A stretch of DNA of 50,003 nt from Candidatus Omnitrophota bacterium (GTDB taxonomy: Bacteria > Omnitrophota > Gorgyraeia > Aquiviventales > Aquiviventaceae), in assembly GCA_023247195.1 (NCBI GenBank), contig JAHFGY010000004.1, positions 1 to 50,003 of the forward strand, given 5' to 3'. A program made the translations under genes and the position numbers. The notes under the pieces were generated by a model. It was not told where the DNA came from and did no database searches. It saw only the letters and a program-made list of their open reading frames with translations. This document shows positions 1-9,436 of the stretch, in pieces. Position 1 is the first letter of the stretch; each line of letters begins with the position of its first letter.

Positions 1-102
1 CTTGAGCTTGTACTTGCGCTTCACTTCCTCGATAGGCGTGCCGGGCCGGTAGCCCTCAAGCGATGCCAGCGCCGCGCGGGCGCGGCTGTCTAATTGGCTC
101 AT
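1..102 (-). CDS. hisC: Histidinol-phosphate/aromatic aminotransferase, N-terminal fragment (continues beyond window start)
   Basis: Minus-strand translation from the ATG at 102..100 reads MSQLDSRARAALASLEGYRPGTPIEEVKRKYKLK. This fits the Y-x-PG ... IEE..R.Y N-terminal pattern of HisC-type class II aminotransferases. There is an ATGA overlap with the pheA stop (99..101). Only 34 codons are visible. Confidence 0.45.
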   Translation of the reverse strand, partial: MSQLDSRARAALASLEGYRPGTPIEEVKRKYKLK

Positions 103-953
103 TCCGGAGACTTTCGCGAGCCGGATGCCATCGGGTACGACCCCAAGATTCGAACCATGGATGTTGTTTTCTTAAGCGCCTCAAGAGCGCGCTGAACCGC
201 GGGCTGGGAGGAATGCCCTTCAATGTCGAGGAAGAACACGTACTCCCAAGCTTTTCGCTTCGACGGCCGCGACTCGATCTTCGTGAGATTGATCCGGTTT
301 TGCTTGAACGGCATCAGCGCGTCATGCAGCGCGCCCGGTTTGTCTTTCAACGCGAACAGCAGCGAGGTCTTGCTGCGCCCGATCTTCGCGGGGTCCTTCA
401 ATCCGATGACAAGGAAACGCGTCCGGTTGTCCCTATCGTCTCGAATCGGGGTCGCGGCCAAACGGTATTGCCTGGCGGCTTCCTTGTGACCTATGGCCGC
501 GAAGGATTTTCCATCCCCCACGCCTTCGGCCACCCATCGCACGGCTTCAGCCGTTGAATGGGTTTCGTTCAGCGAAATGCCGCGCTTTAAATGCGTCTGG
601 ATCCAAGGCCGGCACTGCGCCAGCGCCTGCGGATGCGAGTAAACCGTATCCACATCGCCCAGCGGAACGCCGGGACGGGTGATGAAAAAATGCCCGATCG
701 GCAGCAGAATTTCGCCGATCACCTGGACCGGCGACTGCTTGAAATCAATGAACCGGTCCAAGGTGTGCGTCACAGCGCCTTCGAGCGAGTTCTCGATTGG
801 CACGACGCCCACGTCGGCTTTTTCACGCTCGACCAGGTGGAACACTTCCTCCACCGTGGGCGCGTGCACGAACTCCACCTTGCGGCCGAACTTCGCGAGC
901 GCGGCCATGTGGGTGTTCGTGTGCTCCGGACCCAGGTAGGCGACCGTACGCAT
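99..953 (-). CDS. pheA: Prephenate dehydratase (PDT plus ACT domain)
   Basis: ORF 99..1151 was trimmed to the ATG at 953 (MRTVAYLGPEHTNTHMAALAKFG...), a typical PDT N-terminus. The C-terminus is ACT-like (ESRPSKRKAWEYVFFLDIEGH). The 66 upstream codons of the track ORF overlap the chorismate mutase gene and were discarded. Confidence 0.85.
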   Translation of the reverse strand: MRTVAYLGPEHTNTHMAALAKFGRKVEFVHAPTVEEVFHLVEREKADVGVVPIENSLEGAVTHTLDRFIDFKQSPVQVIGEILLPIGHFFITRPGVPLGDVDTVYSHPQALAQCRPWIQTHLKRGISLNETHSTAEAVRWVAEGVGDGKSFAAIGHKEAARQYRLAATPIRDDRDNRTRFLVIGLKDPAKIGRSKTSLLFALKDKPGALHDALMPFKQNRINLTKIESRPSKRKAWEYVFFLDIEGHSSQPAVQRALEALKKTTSMVRILGSYPMASGSRKSPE

Positions 954-954
954 C

Positions 955-1272
955 TTACTTGCCGGAAGCCGAGCGTCGACGCGACCGCTGACGGCGGCGG
1001 CATTCACATAAGATCGCTTGGAAAATGTGCTCCACGGCGTGGACCGACAACGGGCCGGGGTTGGTTTCCTTAACATGTTTGAGGACGAACGCTTCGCGTG
1101 ACGCATCGTAAACCGGCCACTTCTGTTTATCTTTGATCCGGCCGATTTCAAGAGCCAGGCTCGCGCGGTGGTTCAGCAAACGCAGAAGCCGGCCGTCCAA
1201 ACGGTCGATCCGCCGGCGGATGCGCGCAAGCTGGGCTGTGTGCGAAGCCTTGGAAGCAACGGAGGAGGCCAT
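955..1272 (-). CDS. Monofunctional chorismate mutase (AroQ type)
   Basis: 105 aa helical protein with LARIRRRIDRLDGRLLRLLNHRASLALEIGRIKDK ... REAFVL, the AroQ CM pattern. Its stop lies 1 nt upstream of the pheA ATG, so the P-protein is split into two genes. Confidence 0.75.
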   Translation of the reverse strand: MASSVASKASHTAQLARIRRRIDRLDGRLLRLLNHRASLALEIGRIKDKQKWPVYDASREAFVLKHVKETNPGPLSVHAVEHIFQAILCECRRRQRSRRRSASGK

Positions 1273-1276
1273 GCGA

Positions 1277-1897
1277 TCAAGCCGCCGGCGCGGCGTCTTC
1301 GTCCGACTGCGCGCCCATACCTGCGGCGACGGGCTCCGCCGCCGATTGGGCTTCGGCTTCCGCGGCCTGCGGCTCGGGAAGGATGGACTCCTTCATCTTC
1401 GGCAGCGCTTCGATGGACTGCAACTTGAAATGCCGCAAAAATTCCGTCGTGGTCCCGTAAAAGAACGGTCTGCCCGGGCTTTCCTTGCGGCCGGCGGTCT
1501 TGACGAACTTGCGCTCCACCAGCGTATCCAAAGCGCCTGTCACGTCCACGCCGCGGATAAGCTCGATCTCGCCTTTGGTGATCGGCTGGCGGTAAGCGAT
1601 GATGGCAAGCGTCTCCAGAGCGGCGCTGCTCACGGTGTCCGGCTTGGGCGGCTGCAAAGCGCGCTGAATCCACGGCGCGAATTCGGCGTCGGTCAGCAAT
1701 TGGTAGCCGCCCGCGACTTCCTGGATGTGGAATGCGCGGCCGGAGGCTTGGTATTCCCCGTTTAGGGCATCGATCAAAGCGCGCGCTTGCGCGCCTGAAA
1801 GCTCCGGAACGGTCTCTAAAAGGCGTTTCATCGGAAGCGGCTGGCCGAAAACAAAAAGCAGCGCCTCCACGATCCGTTTGATTTGCGATTCTTCCAT
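1277..1897 (-). CDS. scpB: Segregation and condensation protein B
   Basis: MEESQIKRIVEALLFVFGQPLPMKRL ... IAYRQPITKGEIELIRGVDV ... LVERKFV matches the ScpB winged-helix pattern. It lies directly downstream of scpA. Confidence 0.85.
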   Translation of the reverse strand: MEESQIKRIVEALLFVFGQPLPMKRLLETVPELSGAQARALIDALNGEYQASGRAFHIQEVAGGYQLLTDAEFAPWIQRALQPPKPDTVSSAALETLAIIAYRQPITKGEIELIRGVDVTGALDTLVERKFVKTAGRKESPGRPFFYGTTTEFLRHFKLQSIEALPKMKESILPEPQAAEAEAQSAAEPVAAGMGAQSDEDAAPAA

Positions 1898-1899
1898 GG

Positions 1900-2634
1900 T
1901 CAGGACTCCACACTCTCGCTGCAGAAGACAATCATGATATCGTCAAAAGCCCTTTCTTGCACAGCGCGAGCCGTATGCTGGCGGATCAGCTCAAGCAGCG
2001 CAAGGAAAGTGACTACAAGCTCCAGCCTGGGTTTGCGCGGATCAAAGAGCTCAAAGAAACTTATCCGGCGATTCACGGCCAACAGAACCCGCAGGTCTTT
2101 CACTTTCATTTCAACGGTCCACGGCTCGACGCTCACCTCGTAGACCGGCGACGTCGCGCGCTCAAGCACCTTGGAAAAAGCGCCGACAAGATCCGCGATA
2201 CCAAGGTCGCCCAGCCCGGGCGGTTCGGTTGTGATCGCCGGCGCTTCCTCCGGCACGTCAGCGCGCGTTCGCGTGAAATGCTTATGCGCCATCTGATGGA
2301 GCTCGGACAAAAGCTGCGCGACCGACTTGAATTGCTCGTACTCTTTCAGCCGCCGTTCCAACTCTTCCAAGCTGACGGGCGCTTCTTCCTCATCGTCCGT
2401 GGCCGTGGGCTGCGGCATCAGGTTTCTCGCTTTGCACGCGAGCAGCATGCCCAGCAGCGGCAAAGGCTCGGCCAAATCGTTGAGGTCCTGCCCTTCGCGG
2501 CTCACCTGGACCAAGTACTGCTGCGTCAGGTCCACCAGCTTGATGATGAAGATATCGATCAGGTTGTAGCGCGCAAGCTCCACCAAGAGCGGCAGCGGGC
2601 CTTCATACACATCCGCGTTCACGTGGTAGCGCAT
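1900..2634 (-). CDS. scpA: Segregation and condensation protein A (kleisin)
   Basis: ORF 1900..2910 was trimmed to the ATG at 2634 (MRYHVNADVYEGPLPLLVELARYNLIDIFIIKLVDLTQQYL), a typical ScpA N-terminus. The upstream extension overlaps trpS. Confidence 0.8.
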   Translation of the reverse strand: MRYHVNADVYEGPLPLLVELARYNLIDIFIIKLVDLTQQYLVQVSREGQDLNDLAEPLPLLGMLLACKARNLMPQPTATDDEEEAPVSLEELERRLKEYEQFKSVAQLLSELHQMAHKHFTRTRADVPEEAPAITTEPPGLGDLGIADLVGAFSKVLERATSPVYEVSVEPWTVEMKVKDLRVLLAVNRRISFFELFDPRKPRLELVVTFLALLELIRQHTARAVQERAFDDIMIVFCSESVES

Positions 2635-2639
2635 GCTTC

Positions 2640-3626
2640 TCAGCTCAGCCCAAAAGCGTGCTTCACTTCCGCGATGGTCTTGCTCGCCACGGCGCGCGCC
2701 CGCTTGGCGCCGTCTTGCAGCAACACTTCGATCTTCTCGAAACCGCCGTCGCCGGCCAGTTTCTCGCGGGTCTCGCGGAACGGCCGCGTGAGTTCGACCA
2801 TAACCTCGGCCAGCTCGCGCTTGTTTTGGCTGCACCCGCGCTTGGACGTGCGGCACTCTTCCCACATAGCGGCGGCGCGATCCGGCGCGAATGTCTTCCA
2901 GTAGCCGCACACGTTGCAGGCTTCCGGGTGCCCGGGATCAGTCATTTTGATGCGCGTGGTGTCGGTCACCATCTTTTGGATGGCTTGCCTGAGCGCGTCA
3001 GCGTCCTGGTAGAGATTGAACGTATTGCCGTAGCTCTTGGACATCTTCCGGCCGTCGGCGCCGAGCAGCCGCGGCGACTCGGTCAGCAGCGGCTTAGGTT
3101 CCGGAAAGATTTCTTTCTTCAGCAAGAAATGCGCGCGCCGCACGATCTCTCGCGTGAGCTCCAGGTGCGGGAGCTGGTCTTCCCCGACCGGGACCGCGTC
3201 CGCCTTGTAGAGTAGGATATCCGCGGCTTGCAAAACCGGATAGCCCAAGAAACCATACGTGGTTAAATCGCGGCCTTCGATCTCGCGGAGCTGCTCTTTG
3301 TAGGTTGGGACGCGCTCAACCCAGCCAAGCGGCGTGATGATGGATAACACGGTGAAGAGCTCCGTGTGCTCGGGAACGTCGGACTGGCGGAAGATAACGC
3401 TCTTCTTGGGGTCGATGCCGGCGGCAAGCCAATCCACGACGTTCTCATAGCCCCACTGCCGGATCTTTTGCGGGTTTTCGTACTCGCCCATGAGCGCGTG
3501 CCAATCCGCGACCATGAAAAAGCACTCGTAAGACTCTTGGAGTTTCTTCCAGTTGGCAAGGGCGCCGACCAGGTGGCCCAGGTGGAGCTGCCCCGTGGGG
3601 CGCATACCGCTCAAAACGCGAGGCAT
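2640..3626 (-). CDS. trpS: Tryptophan--tRNA ligase
   Basis: Class I motifs are present: HLGH (GQLHLGHLVGAL) and KMSKS. I chose the ATG at 3626 (MPRVLSGMRPTG...); the track start at 3641 is a TTG. Confidence 0.95.
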   Translation of the reverse strand: MPRVLSGMRPTGQLHLGHLVGALANWKKLQESYECFFMVADWHALMGEYENPQKIRQWGYENVVDWLAAGIDPKKSVIFRQSDVPEHTELFTVLSIITPLGWVERVPTYKEQLREIEGRDLTTYGFLGYPVLQAADILLYKADAVPVGEDQLPHLELTREIVRRAHFLLKKEIFPEPKPLLTESPRLLGADGRKMSKSYGNTFNLYQDADALRQAIQKMVTDTTRIKMTDPGHPEACNVCGYWKTFAPDRAAAMWEECRTSKRGCSQNKRELAEVMVELTRPFRETREKLAGDGGFEKIEVLLQDGAKRARAVASKTIAEVKHAFGLS

Positions 3627-3656
3627 CGGCAATTGAAGCAATGAGGTGGAACGGTG

Positions 3657-5915
3657 CTAGGCCAGCTTACGGGCGACCTTCTTGATTTCCCAGGCCTCCA
3701 GGAGATCGCCCACCTGCAAGTCGTTCCCTGCATCCAAAGAAATTCCGCACTCCGTACCTTCCTGCACTTCGCGGGCCTCGTCTTTCACCCGCTTGAGGTT
3801 CGTGATTTTCGTCTCGGCCAGCCGGTCGCGTCCGCGGATGACCCGAATCGTCGCGTCCCGGCGGATCACGCCCTTGGTGACCATGCAGCCGGCCACCATG
3901 CCGATTTTTGAAATCTGGAAAATCTTGCGCACTTCCGCGCGGCCGAGGAAGGTTTCCTCAAGGGTCGGCTCGAGCAGCCCTTCGATCGCGGATTTGATCG
4001 AGCCGACAAGCTCATAAATAATCTGGTAAATGTGGACGTCAACGCCTTCCTTGGCCGCAAGGACCTGCACGTTCAGGTCAATGCCGACGTGGAAGCCAAC
4101 GATGATCGCGTCGGATGCCGCGGCAAGAATAACGTCCGACTCGTTGATGTCGCCGACCGCGGTGTGCAGGATGCGGAAGGAGACTTCTTCCTTCTCCGTG
4201 TCCAGCTTCTGCAAGCTGGAAACAATGGCTTCGAGCGAGCCTTGCACGTCTGATTTCAGGATCAGGCGCAGCTCTTTGAGCTTGCCTTCGGCGATCTGCT
4301 GGTGGAGCTGCTCAAGGGTGATGCGCTTGGGCGGCGTTGAAACGTTCTTGGTGAGCTTTTCGCGCCGCTGCTGAGCCAGCTCGCGGGCCGCGCGTTCGTC
4401 TGCGACGACCAGGAATCGGTCTCCGGCCGCGGGAACTTCGGGAAGGCCGAGCACTTCGACCGGCTTTGCCGGGCCGGCTTCCTTGATGCGCAGGCCGCGG
4501 TGGTCGTTAAGCGCGCGGACGCGTCCGGACAACTGCCCGACGACAATCATGTCGCCGACGCGCAGCGTGCCTTGCTGGACCAGGAGCGTCGCCACAGGCC
4601 CCCGGTTCTTGGTCTGCCGCGCTTCAATCACGGCTCCTTGCGGTGTAGCGGTCGGATCAGCCTTGAGCTCCAACAGCTCGGATTCCAGAAGGAGCATTTC
4701 CAAAATCTCGTCGATGCCTTGCCGGGTCTTGGCCGACACCGGGATCATGATGGTCTTGCCGCCCCAGTCCTCGCTTAAGAGGTTGTACTGCGCAAGCTGC
4801 TGCTTGATGCGCTGCACATTGGCTTCGGGCTTGTCCATCTTGTTGATCGCGACCACAATCGTCACGTCCGCGGCCCGGGCATGGTCAATGGCTTCGATGG
4901 TTTGCGGCATGACGCCGTCGTCAGCCGCGACAACCAGGACCACAATGTCGGTGACGTTCGCGCCGCGGGCACGGAGCGCGGAAAACGCTTCATGGCCCGG
5001 GGTATCCAAGAAAGTGACGTGGCCTTTAGGCAGCAGAACTTCGTAGGCGCCGATGTGCTGGGTGATGCCGCCTGCTTCAGACTCCGCGACCTTGGCTTGG
5101 CGAATCGCATCGAGCAAACTGGTTTTGCCGTGGTCGACGTGGCCCATAAAGGTGACTACGGGCGCGCGCTGCACTAATTTCAACGGATCCGGCGCGGAAG
5201 CTTTTTCAAGCTGCTCTTCCAGCGTCGGCGCCTGGGTGAGGAGCGAGCCAAAGCTTTCGGCCGCTTTTGCCGCCATCGCTTGATCAAGCTGCTGGGTGAT
5301 CGAGGCAAAGACGTTCTGCTGCATGAGCCGCTTGATCAAATCCGCGGGCTTCACATCAAGCTTGTTAGCCAGCTCGCCGACGGTGATCGGAAACTTGATC
5401 TCCAGGACCTTTAGCTCAACAGGCGGAGCAGCGGGCGCGGGAATTGGAGCGGGTTCCGGGGCTTTGGCAACAGGAGCGGCTGCCTTCGGCGCCGGGGCGA
5501 CCGGTTTTGGCGCGGCCGGAGTTGCGCTTGCGTGTGCAACCGGTTTAGTTGCGGCTGCGGCAGGTGCATGCTTGGGTTCGGGCGCGCGTACTGTAGCAGC
5601 AGCGGGTGCCGCGGGCGTTGGGCGGGCGGCCGGCTTCGCGGCAACTTGAGGAGCGGCTGCGGCCTTCGGTACCGCCACTTTAGGCGCCGTCTTTACCGGA
5701 GCTGCTGCCTTCACCGGCGCTTTTATTGTTTTCGGAGAAGCTGCGCTTGGCGCCGGCTTAGTTTTGGCAGCTAAAAGCGCCGCGCGGACTTTCTGAAGCG
5801 CCGCGTCATCCAGCGCGCTCATGTGCCCCTTGGCGGGAATTTTCAAGTCAGCCAGCTTGCTCAGTATGTCTTTCGACGTCAATTTCAGTTCCTTAGCAAG
5901 CTCGTGCACGCGCAT
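3657..5915 (-). CDS. infB: Translation initiation factor IF-2
   Basis: GTPase motifs [20 protein letters not shown] and NKMD are present, with an Ala/Pro-rich N-terminal region. I chose the ATG at 5915 ([10 protein letters not shown]); the track start at 5921 is a TTG overlapping the nusA stop. Confidence 0.95.
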   Translation of the reverse strand: MRVHELAKELKLTSKDILSKLADLKIPAKGHMSALDDAALQKVRAALLAAKTKPAPSAASPKTIKAPVKAAAPVKTAPKVAVPKAAAAPQVAAKPAARPTPAAPAAATVRAPEPKHAPAAAATKPVAHASATPAAPKPVAPAPKAAAPVAKAPEPAPIPAPAAPPVELKVLEIKFPITVGELANKLDVKPADLIKRLMQQNVFASITQQLDQAMAAKAAESFGSLLTQAPTLEEQLEKASAPDPLKLVQRAPVVTFMGHVDHGKTSLLDAIRQAKVAESEAGGITQHIGAYEVLLPKGHVTFLDTPGHEAFSALRARGANVTDIVVLVVAADDGVMPQTIEAIDHARAADVTIVVAINKMDKPEANVQRIKQQLAQYNLLSEDWGGKTIMIPVSAKTRQGIDEILEMLLLESELLELKADPTATPQGAVIEARQTKNRGPVATLLVQQGTLRVGDMIVVGQLSGRVRALNDHRGLRIKEAGPAKPVEVLGLPEVPAAGDRFLVVADERAARELAQQRREKLTKNVSTPPKRITLEQLHQQIAEGKLKELRLILKSDVQGSLEAIVSSLQKLDTEKEEVSFRILHTAVGDINESDVILAAASDAIIVGFHVGIDLNVQVLAAKEGVDVHIYQIIYELVGSIKSAIEGLLEPTLEETFLGRAEVRKIFQISKIGMVAGCMVTKGVIRRDATIRVIRGRDRLAETKITNLKRVKDEAREVQEGTECGISLDAGNDLQVGDLLEAWEIKKVARKLA

Positions 5916-5917
5916 AG

Positions 5918-7147
5918 TCAATTTGTCGAAGGCTCCGTGGGCTCTGCTGCCGGGTTTTCGTCGGAAGACACGCTCGGTTCAGGCTCCTCCGCCTGAGCCG
6001 GCTGCGGCGCGCTAAGAGCGGCGCGCGCAGACTCCAACAACTTCTGCGCGGTCTTCTCGCCAACGCCCGGAATTTCGACGAGCTGCTCCGCGGTCAACGC
6101 GGCCAGCTTCTCGATTGAGTCCACTCCGGCTTCTTTTAATTTGTTTTCCAATGTCGGCCCGACGCCTTCTAAACCGCGCAGCGGGCTTCTCGGCGCCACA
6201 TCTCCGGTAATCTGGCCCCGGCTCTTGATTTCCAGCTCCCATCCGGTGAGCTTGGAAGCGAGGCGGACGTTCTGCCCCCGCTTGCCGATCGCCAGCGAAA
6301 GCTGATCGTCATCCACGATGACAAGCGCTTTCTTCGCATCGGGGATCTCTTGGATCTCCGCAATCTTAGCAGGCGCAAGCGCCGCAGCGATAAATTCTTT
6401 CATCGCGGAGTGCCAGCGGATAATATCGATCTTTTCGCCGTGCAGCTCGCGCACGATGTTTTTTACGCGCGTGCCGCGCATGCCGACGCAAGCGCCCACG
6501 CAATCGACCTTGTCATCGGTTGAGTAGACGGCAAGCTTGGTGCGGTCGCCCGCTTCGCGCGCGACCCCCTTCATCTCAACGATCCCTTCCGCAATCTCGG
6601 GCACTTCCAGCGCGAACAGTCCTTTCACGAATCCTTGGTGCGTTCGCGACAGGACGATGGACGGGCCCTTGGCGGTTTTCTGGACCTCGAGCACGAAGCC
6701 CTGCAGCCGGTCGCCCTGCTGGTATTCCTCGCGGGGAATGCGCTCGGCTTTGGGGAGGATGGCTTCCGCGCGGCCGAGCTCGACGATGACATCGCCGCGC
6801 TCAAAGCGGTGCACGGTGCCGGTCACGATGTCGCCGACCCGGCCCTGAAACTCGGCGAACACGACCTCACGCTCAGCTTCACGGATCTTTTGGATGATGA
6901 CTTGTTTGGCGGTTTGCGCGGCGATCCGGCTGAAGTCCAGCGAGGTGATTGCTTCTCCCTGCGAGCTCACCGATAACCGGCCCGACTTGCGGTCGATGTT
7001 GACCGTGACATCGAGCTCTTCAGGCACATTGAGGCTCTTGCGCGCGGCGGTCGCAAGGGCGGACTCCACCGCTTGGATAAGAACCTCGCGGTCGATTCCC
7101 TTGTCGCGCTCAATTGTCTCTAAGATCGAAAGCAGCTCTGCGTTCAT
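5918..7147 (-). CDS. nusA: Transcription termination/antitermination factor NusA
   Basis: MNAELLSILETIERDKGIDREVL N-terminus, S1 and KH regions (GMRGTRVKNIVREL, IGKRGQNVRLASKLTGW) and a C-terminal HhH. It sits in the rimP-nusA-infB order. Confidence 0.95.
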   Translation of the reverse strand: MNAELLSILETIERDKGIDREVLIQAVESALATAARKSLNVPEELDVTVNIDRKSGRLSVSSQGEAITSLDFSRIAAQTAKQVIIQKIREAEREVVFAEFQGRVGDIVTGTVHRFERGDVIVELGRAEAILPKAERIPREEYQQGDRLQGFVLEVQKTAKGPSIVLSRTHQGFVKGLFALEVPEIAEGIVEMKGVAREAGDRTKLAVYSTDDKVDCVGACVGMRGTRVKNIVRELHGEKIDIIRWHSAMKEFIAAALAPAKIAEIQEIPDAKKALVIVDDDQLSLAIGKRGQNVRLASKLTGWELEIKSRGQITGDVAPRSPLRGLEGVGPTLENKLKEAGVDSIEKLAALTAEQLVEIPGVGEKTAQKLLESARAALSAPQPAQAEEPEPSVSSDENPAAEPTEPSTN

Positions 7148-7161
7148 CGCCTATGCCCCGG

Positions 7162-7620
7162 TTACCAGGGAAGTTTCTTTACCGCCCGCTGAATAGCCGC
7201 GCGGGAAATCGTCAAATTGCCGGACTTCGTCTTCAACACAATCGCTTCGGGCTGCACGGCAAGCAGCATGCCGGATAATTCGCGCACGCGGCCGTCCGCT
7301 TGCTGGGCCTGCACCGCGAGCTGCTCGCCCACGGAACGCTCAAAGTCGCGCAAGCTGACCAGCGGCCGGTCCAAGCCCGGCGAAGAGACCTCGATCTCAT
7401 ACGGCTCTTCCAGCACGCGCGACTCTTCCATCGCCAACGTGATCTTTCGATTCGCGCTCGCGCATTGCTGGATCGTGACGCCGCCTACGGCGTCCACCAG
7501 CAGCCTCAGCACGGTGCTCCGGCCTTGGGCGCGGCAGGAGAGCTCGACCAACTCCACTTTCTGCTGAGAAAGAATCGGCTCCACTAATTCGCGAATTGTT
7601 GCCAGTCTTGGGTCATCCAT
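7162..7620 (-). CDS. rimP: Ribosome maturation factor RimP
   Basis: Trimmed to the ATG at 7620 (MDDPRLATIRELVEPIL...). It carries the EVSSPGLDRPL motif and lies upstream of nusA. The track extension to 7674 would read through the proS terminator hairpin. Confidence 0.8.
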   Translation of the reverse strand: MDDPRLATIRELVEPILSQQKVELVELSCRAQGRSTVLRLLVDAVGGVTIQQCASANRKITLAMEESRVLEEPYEIEVSSPGLDRPLVSLRDFERSVGEQLAVQAQQADGRVRELSGMLLAVQPEAIVLKTKSGNLTISRAAIQRAVKKLPW

Positions 7621-7652
7621 CGTGCTGTATCGAGCAAAAAGGGCCCCAGAAC

Positions 7653-7678
7653 AAAAAAAGTGGGCAAAACCCACTTTT
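7653..7678 (-). terminator. Intrinsic terminator downstream of proS
   Basis: On the minus strand: AAAAGUGGG-uuuug-CCCACUUUUUUU, a GC-containing stem followed by a 7-U run. It sits 32 nt after the proS stop (7710). Confidence 0.6.
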
Positions 7679-7709
7679 GGCCGAAATTTAAGTTCGACAG
7701 AATAAAGTA

Positions 7710-9431
7710 CTACAGCGACGGTGGGGTGTCAAGGAGCTTCCTGACCGCCCCTTCGGCTTGGGGAACCTCTACAGTGAGCTTGTCCCGGCTGGACCGGGAA
7801 CGGATCTCGACCTGGCCGCCCGCAAGCCAGGTCTTGCCGAAAATCACCTGAACCGGGATGCCGACCAGGTCCGCATCCTTCAGCTTGCTGCCGGGCGACT
7901 GCTGGCGGTCGTCCAAAAGCACTTCCAGACCCGAACCGGCCAGTTTTTCAGCCAGGTCTGTTCCGGCTTTGGCCATGTCCTGGTTGCCGGTTTCCATGAT
8001 CGTGATAATCGCGTCAAAAGGCGCCAGCGACCGCGGCCAGCGCAGGCCGTCTTTGTCGTTCAATTGTTCGATAGCCGATGCCAGCACACGGTTTACGCCA
8101 ATCCCATAGCAGCCCATGATCATGGGCTGCGAGCCGCCCGAGGCATCCTGGACCAAGGCTCCGAGCGCCTCGCTGTAGCGGGTGCCCAGCTTGAACACAT
8201 GGCCGACTTCAATGGCCTTGATCAGCTCAAGCTTTGCTTTACACTTGGGACAGACATCTTGATCCGTCACAAATCGAACGTCCGCAATGAGTTCCGGTTT
8301 TGCATCCCGGCCGATGTTTACATTCAGGGCGTGGGTTTCGGCTTTGTTAGCGCCCGCGACCGCGTTCACCACGGCGGCGGCAGCCGGATCGGCAACCAGC
8401 TTGGCGCCGTTCAGTCCAACCGGGCCGGCAAAACCGACCGGCGCGCCGCTGACCCGCTGGATCGTGGAAGCGGAGGCGAGCCGCAGCGCTTTGGCCTTGA
8501 GCACGCGCGCCAGTTTGGCTTCGTTCACTTCGTGATCGCCACGGACTAGGACAGCGATGACCTCCGAATCGGCTTCATAGATCAGGGTCTTGATAATCTG
8601 AGCGGGAGTCACGTTGAGAAACCGGCTGACCTGCTCCACGGTGTGCTGGCCGGGGGTTTGGACTTCCTTCATGGGCTCAGGCTGCGCGGATTTGGGATTC
8701 GGCTCAGGCGGCAGGCACTTGGCCGCTTCCAAATTCGCGGCATAGCCGCATGAAACACAGTGAGCGATGCGGTCTTCGCCAGCCTCCGAAGGCGCCATGA
8801 ATTCGTGGGACACATCCCCGCCCATGGCGCCCGAGTCCGCCTCGCAGGCCAGAACCTTGAGGCCGGCCCGGCTGAAAATGCGCTGATACGCGGCGTACAT
8901 CGCGTCATAACTCTTGCCGAGCCCTTCCCAACTGGAGTCAAAGCTGTAAGCGTCCTTCATGAGAAATTCTTTGGTGCGGATCACGCCGAAACGCGGGCGC
9001 GGCTCGTCGCGGAACTTGGTCTGGATCTGGTACAGAATCACGGGCAACTGTTTGTGCGAGCGCGCTTCCTTGGCGAGCTCGGTGATGACTTCTTCATGCG
9101 TGGGCGCGAGCACCACTTCCTTGCCGGTGCGGTCTTTGAAGCGGACCAAAACGTCGCCCATGATGTCGTAGCGGCCGGTGGCTTTCCAGAGCTCGACGGG
9201 CGTCATGGCAGGCAAGAACAGTTCTTGAGCGCCCGCGCGGTTCATCTCTTCGCGGATGATTGCCATGACTTTCTGCAGCGCGCGCAAGCCGAACGGCAGG
9301 TAGGCGTAGGTGCCGGAACCCACGCGGCGGACCAGCCCCGCCCGAACCATGAGCTTGTGGCTGATGGATTCGGAGTCCTTGGGGTCTTCACGAAGGGTGT
9401 TGAGGAAATACTGCGACCAGCGGGTGAGCAT
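7710..9431 (-). CDS. proS: Proline--tRNA ligase (bacterial type with editing insertion)
   Basis: 573 aa. The N-terminus MLTRWSQYFLNTLREDPKDSESISHKLMVRAGLVRR parallels E. coli ProS. Class II motifs and the INS domain region are present. Confidence 0.95.
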   Translation of the reverse strand: MLTRWSQYFLNTLREDPKDSESISHKLMVRAGLVRRVGSGTYAYLPFGLRALQKVMAIIREEMNRAGAQELFLPAMTPVELWKATGRYDIMGDVLVRFKDRTGKEVVLAPTHEEVITELAKEARSHKQLPVILYQIQTKFRDEPRPRFGVIRTKEFLMKDAYSFDSSWEGLGKSYDAMYAAYQRIFSRAGLKVLACEADSGAMGGDVSHEFMAPSEAGEDRIAHCVSCGYAANLEAAKCLPPEPNPKSAQPEPMKEVQTPGQHTVEQVSRFLNVTPAQIIKTLIYEADSEVIAVLVRGDHEVNEAKLARVLKAKALRLASASTIQRVSGAPVGFAGPVGLNGAKLVADPAAAAVVNAVAGANKAETHALNVNIGRDAKPELIADVRFVTDQDVCPKCKAKLELIKAIEVGHVFKLGTRYSEALGALVQDASGGSQPMIMGCYGIGVNRVLASAIEQLNDKDGLRWPRSLAPFDAIITIMETGNQDMAKAGTDLAEKLAGSGLEVLLDDRQQSPGSKLKDADLVGIPVQVIFGKTWLAGGQVEIRSRSSRDKLTVEVPQAEGAVRKLLDTPPSL

Positions 9432-9436
9432 TTGGG

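Noticed and set aside
1957-2904. A 315-aa plus-strand ORF, and similar long plus-strand ORFs (591..1073, 1133..1765, 7758..8549, 8760..9548, 9941..10900, 10630..11754, 12018..12722, 13686..14417, 15646..16899, 17153..18475, 18523..19422, 20200..20999, 22141..22977, 24648..25856, 25993..27057, 26883..27848, 28496..29161, 29605..30177, 30337..31151, 41709..42422, 42499..43518, 44308..44910, 45385..45963, 46900..47526, 47539..48177, 48027..49427).
   Set aside because: All lie antisense to minus-strand genes with unambiguous conserved motifs. Their translations are Arg/Ala/Gly/His-rich, low-information sequences typical of shadow ORFs in GC-rich DNA.
5150-5760. Ala/Pro/Lys-rich low-complexity repeat region.
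   Set aside because: This is the variable N-terminal region of IF-2, which is commonly low-complexity in GC-rich bacteria. It is not an independent repeat element.
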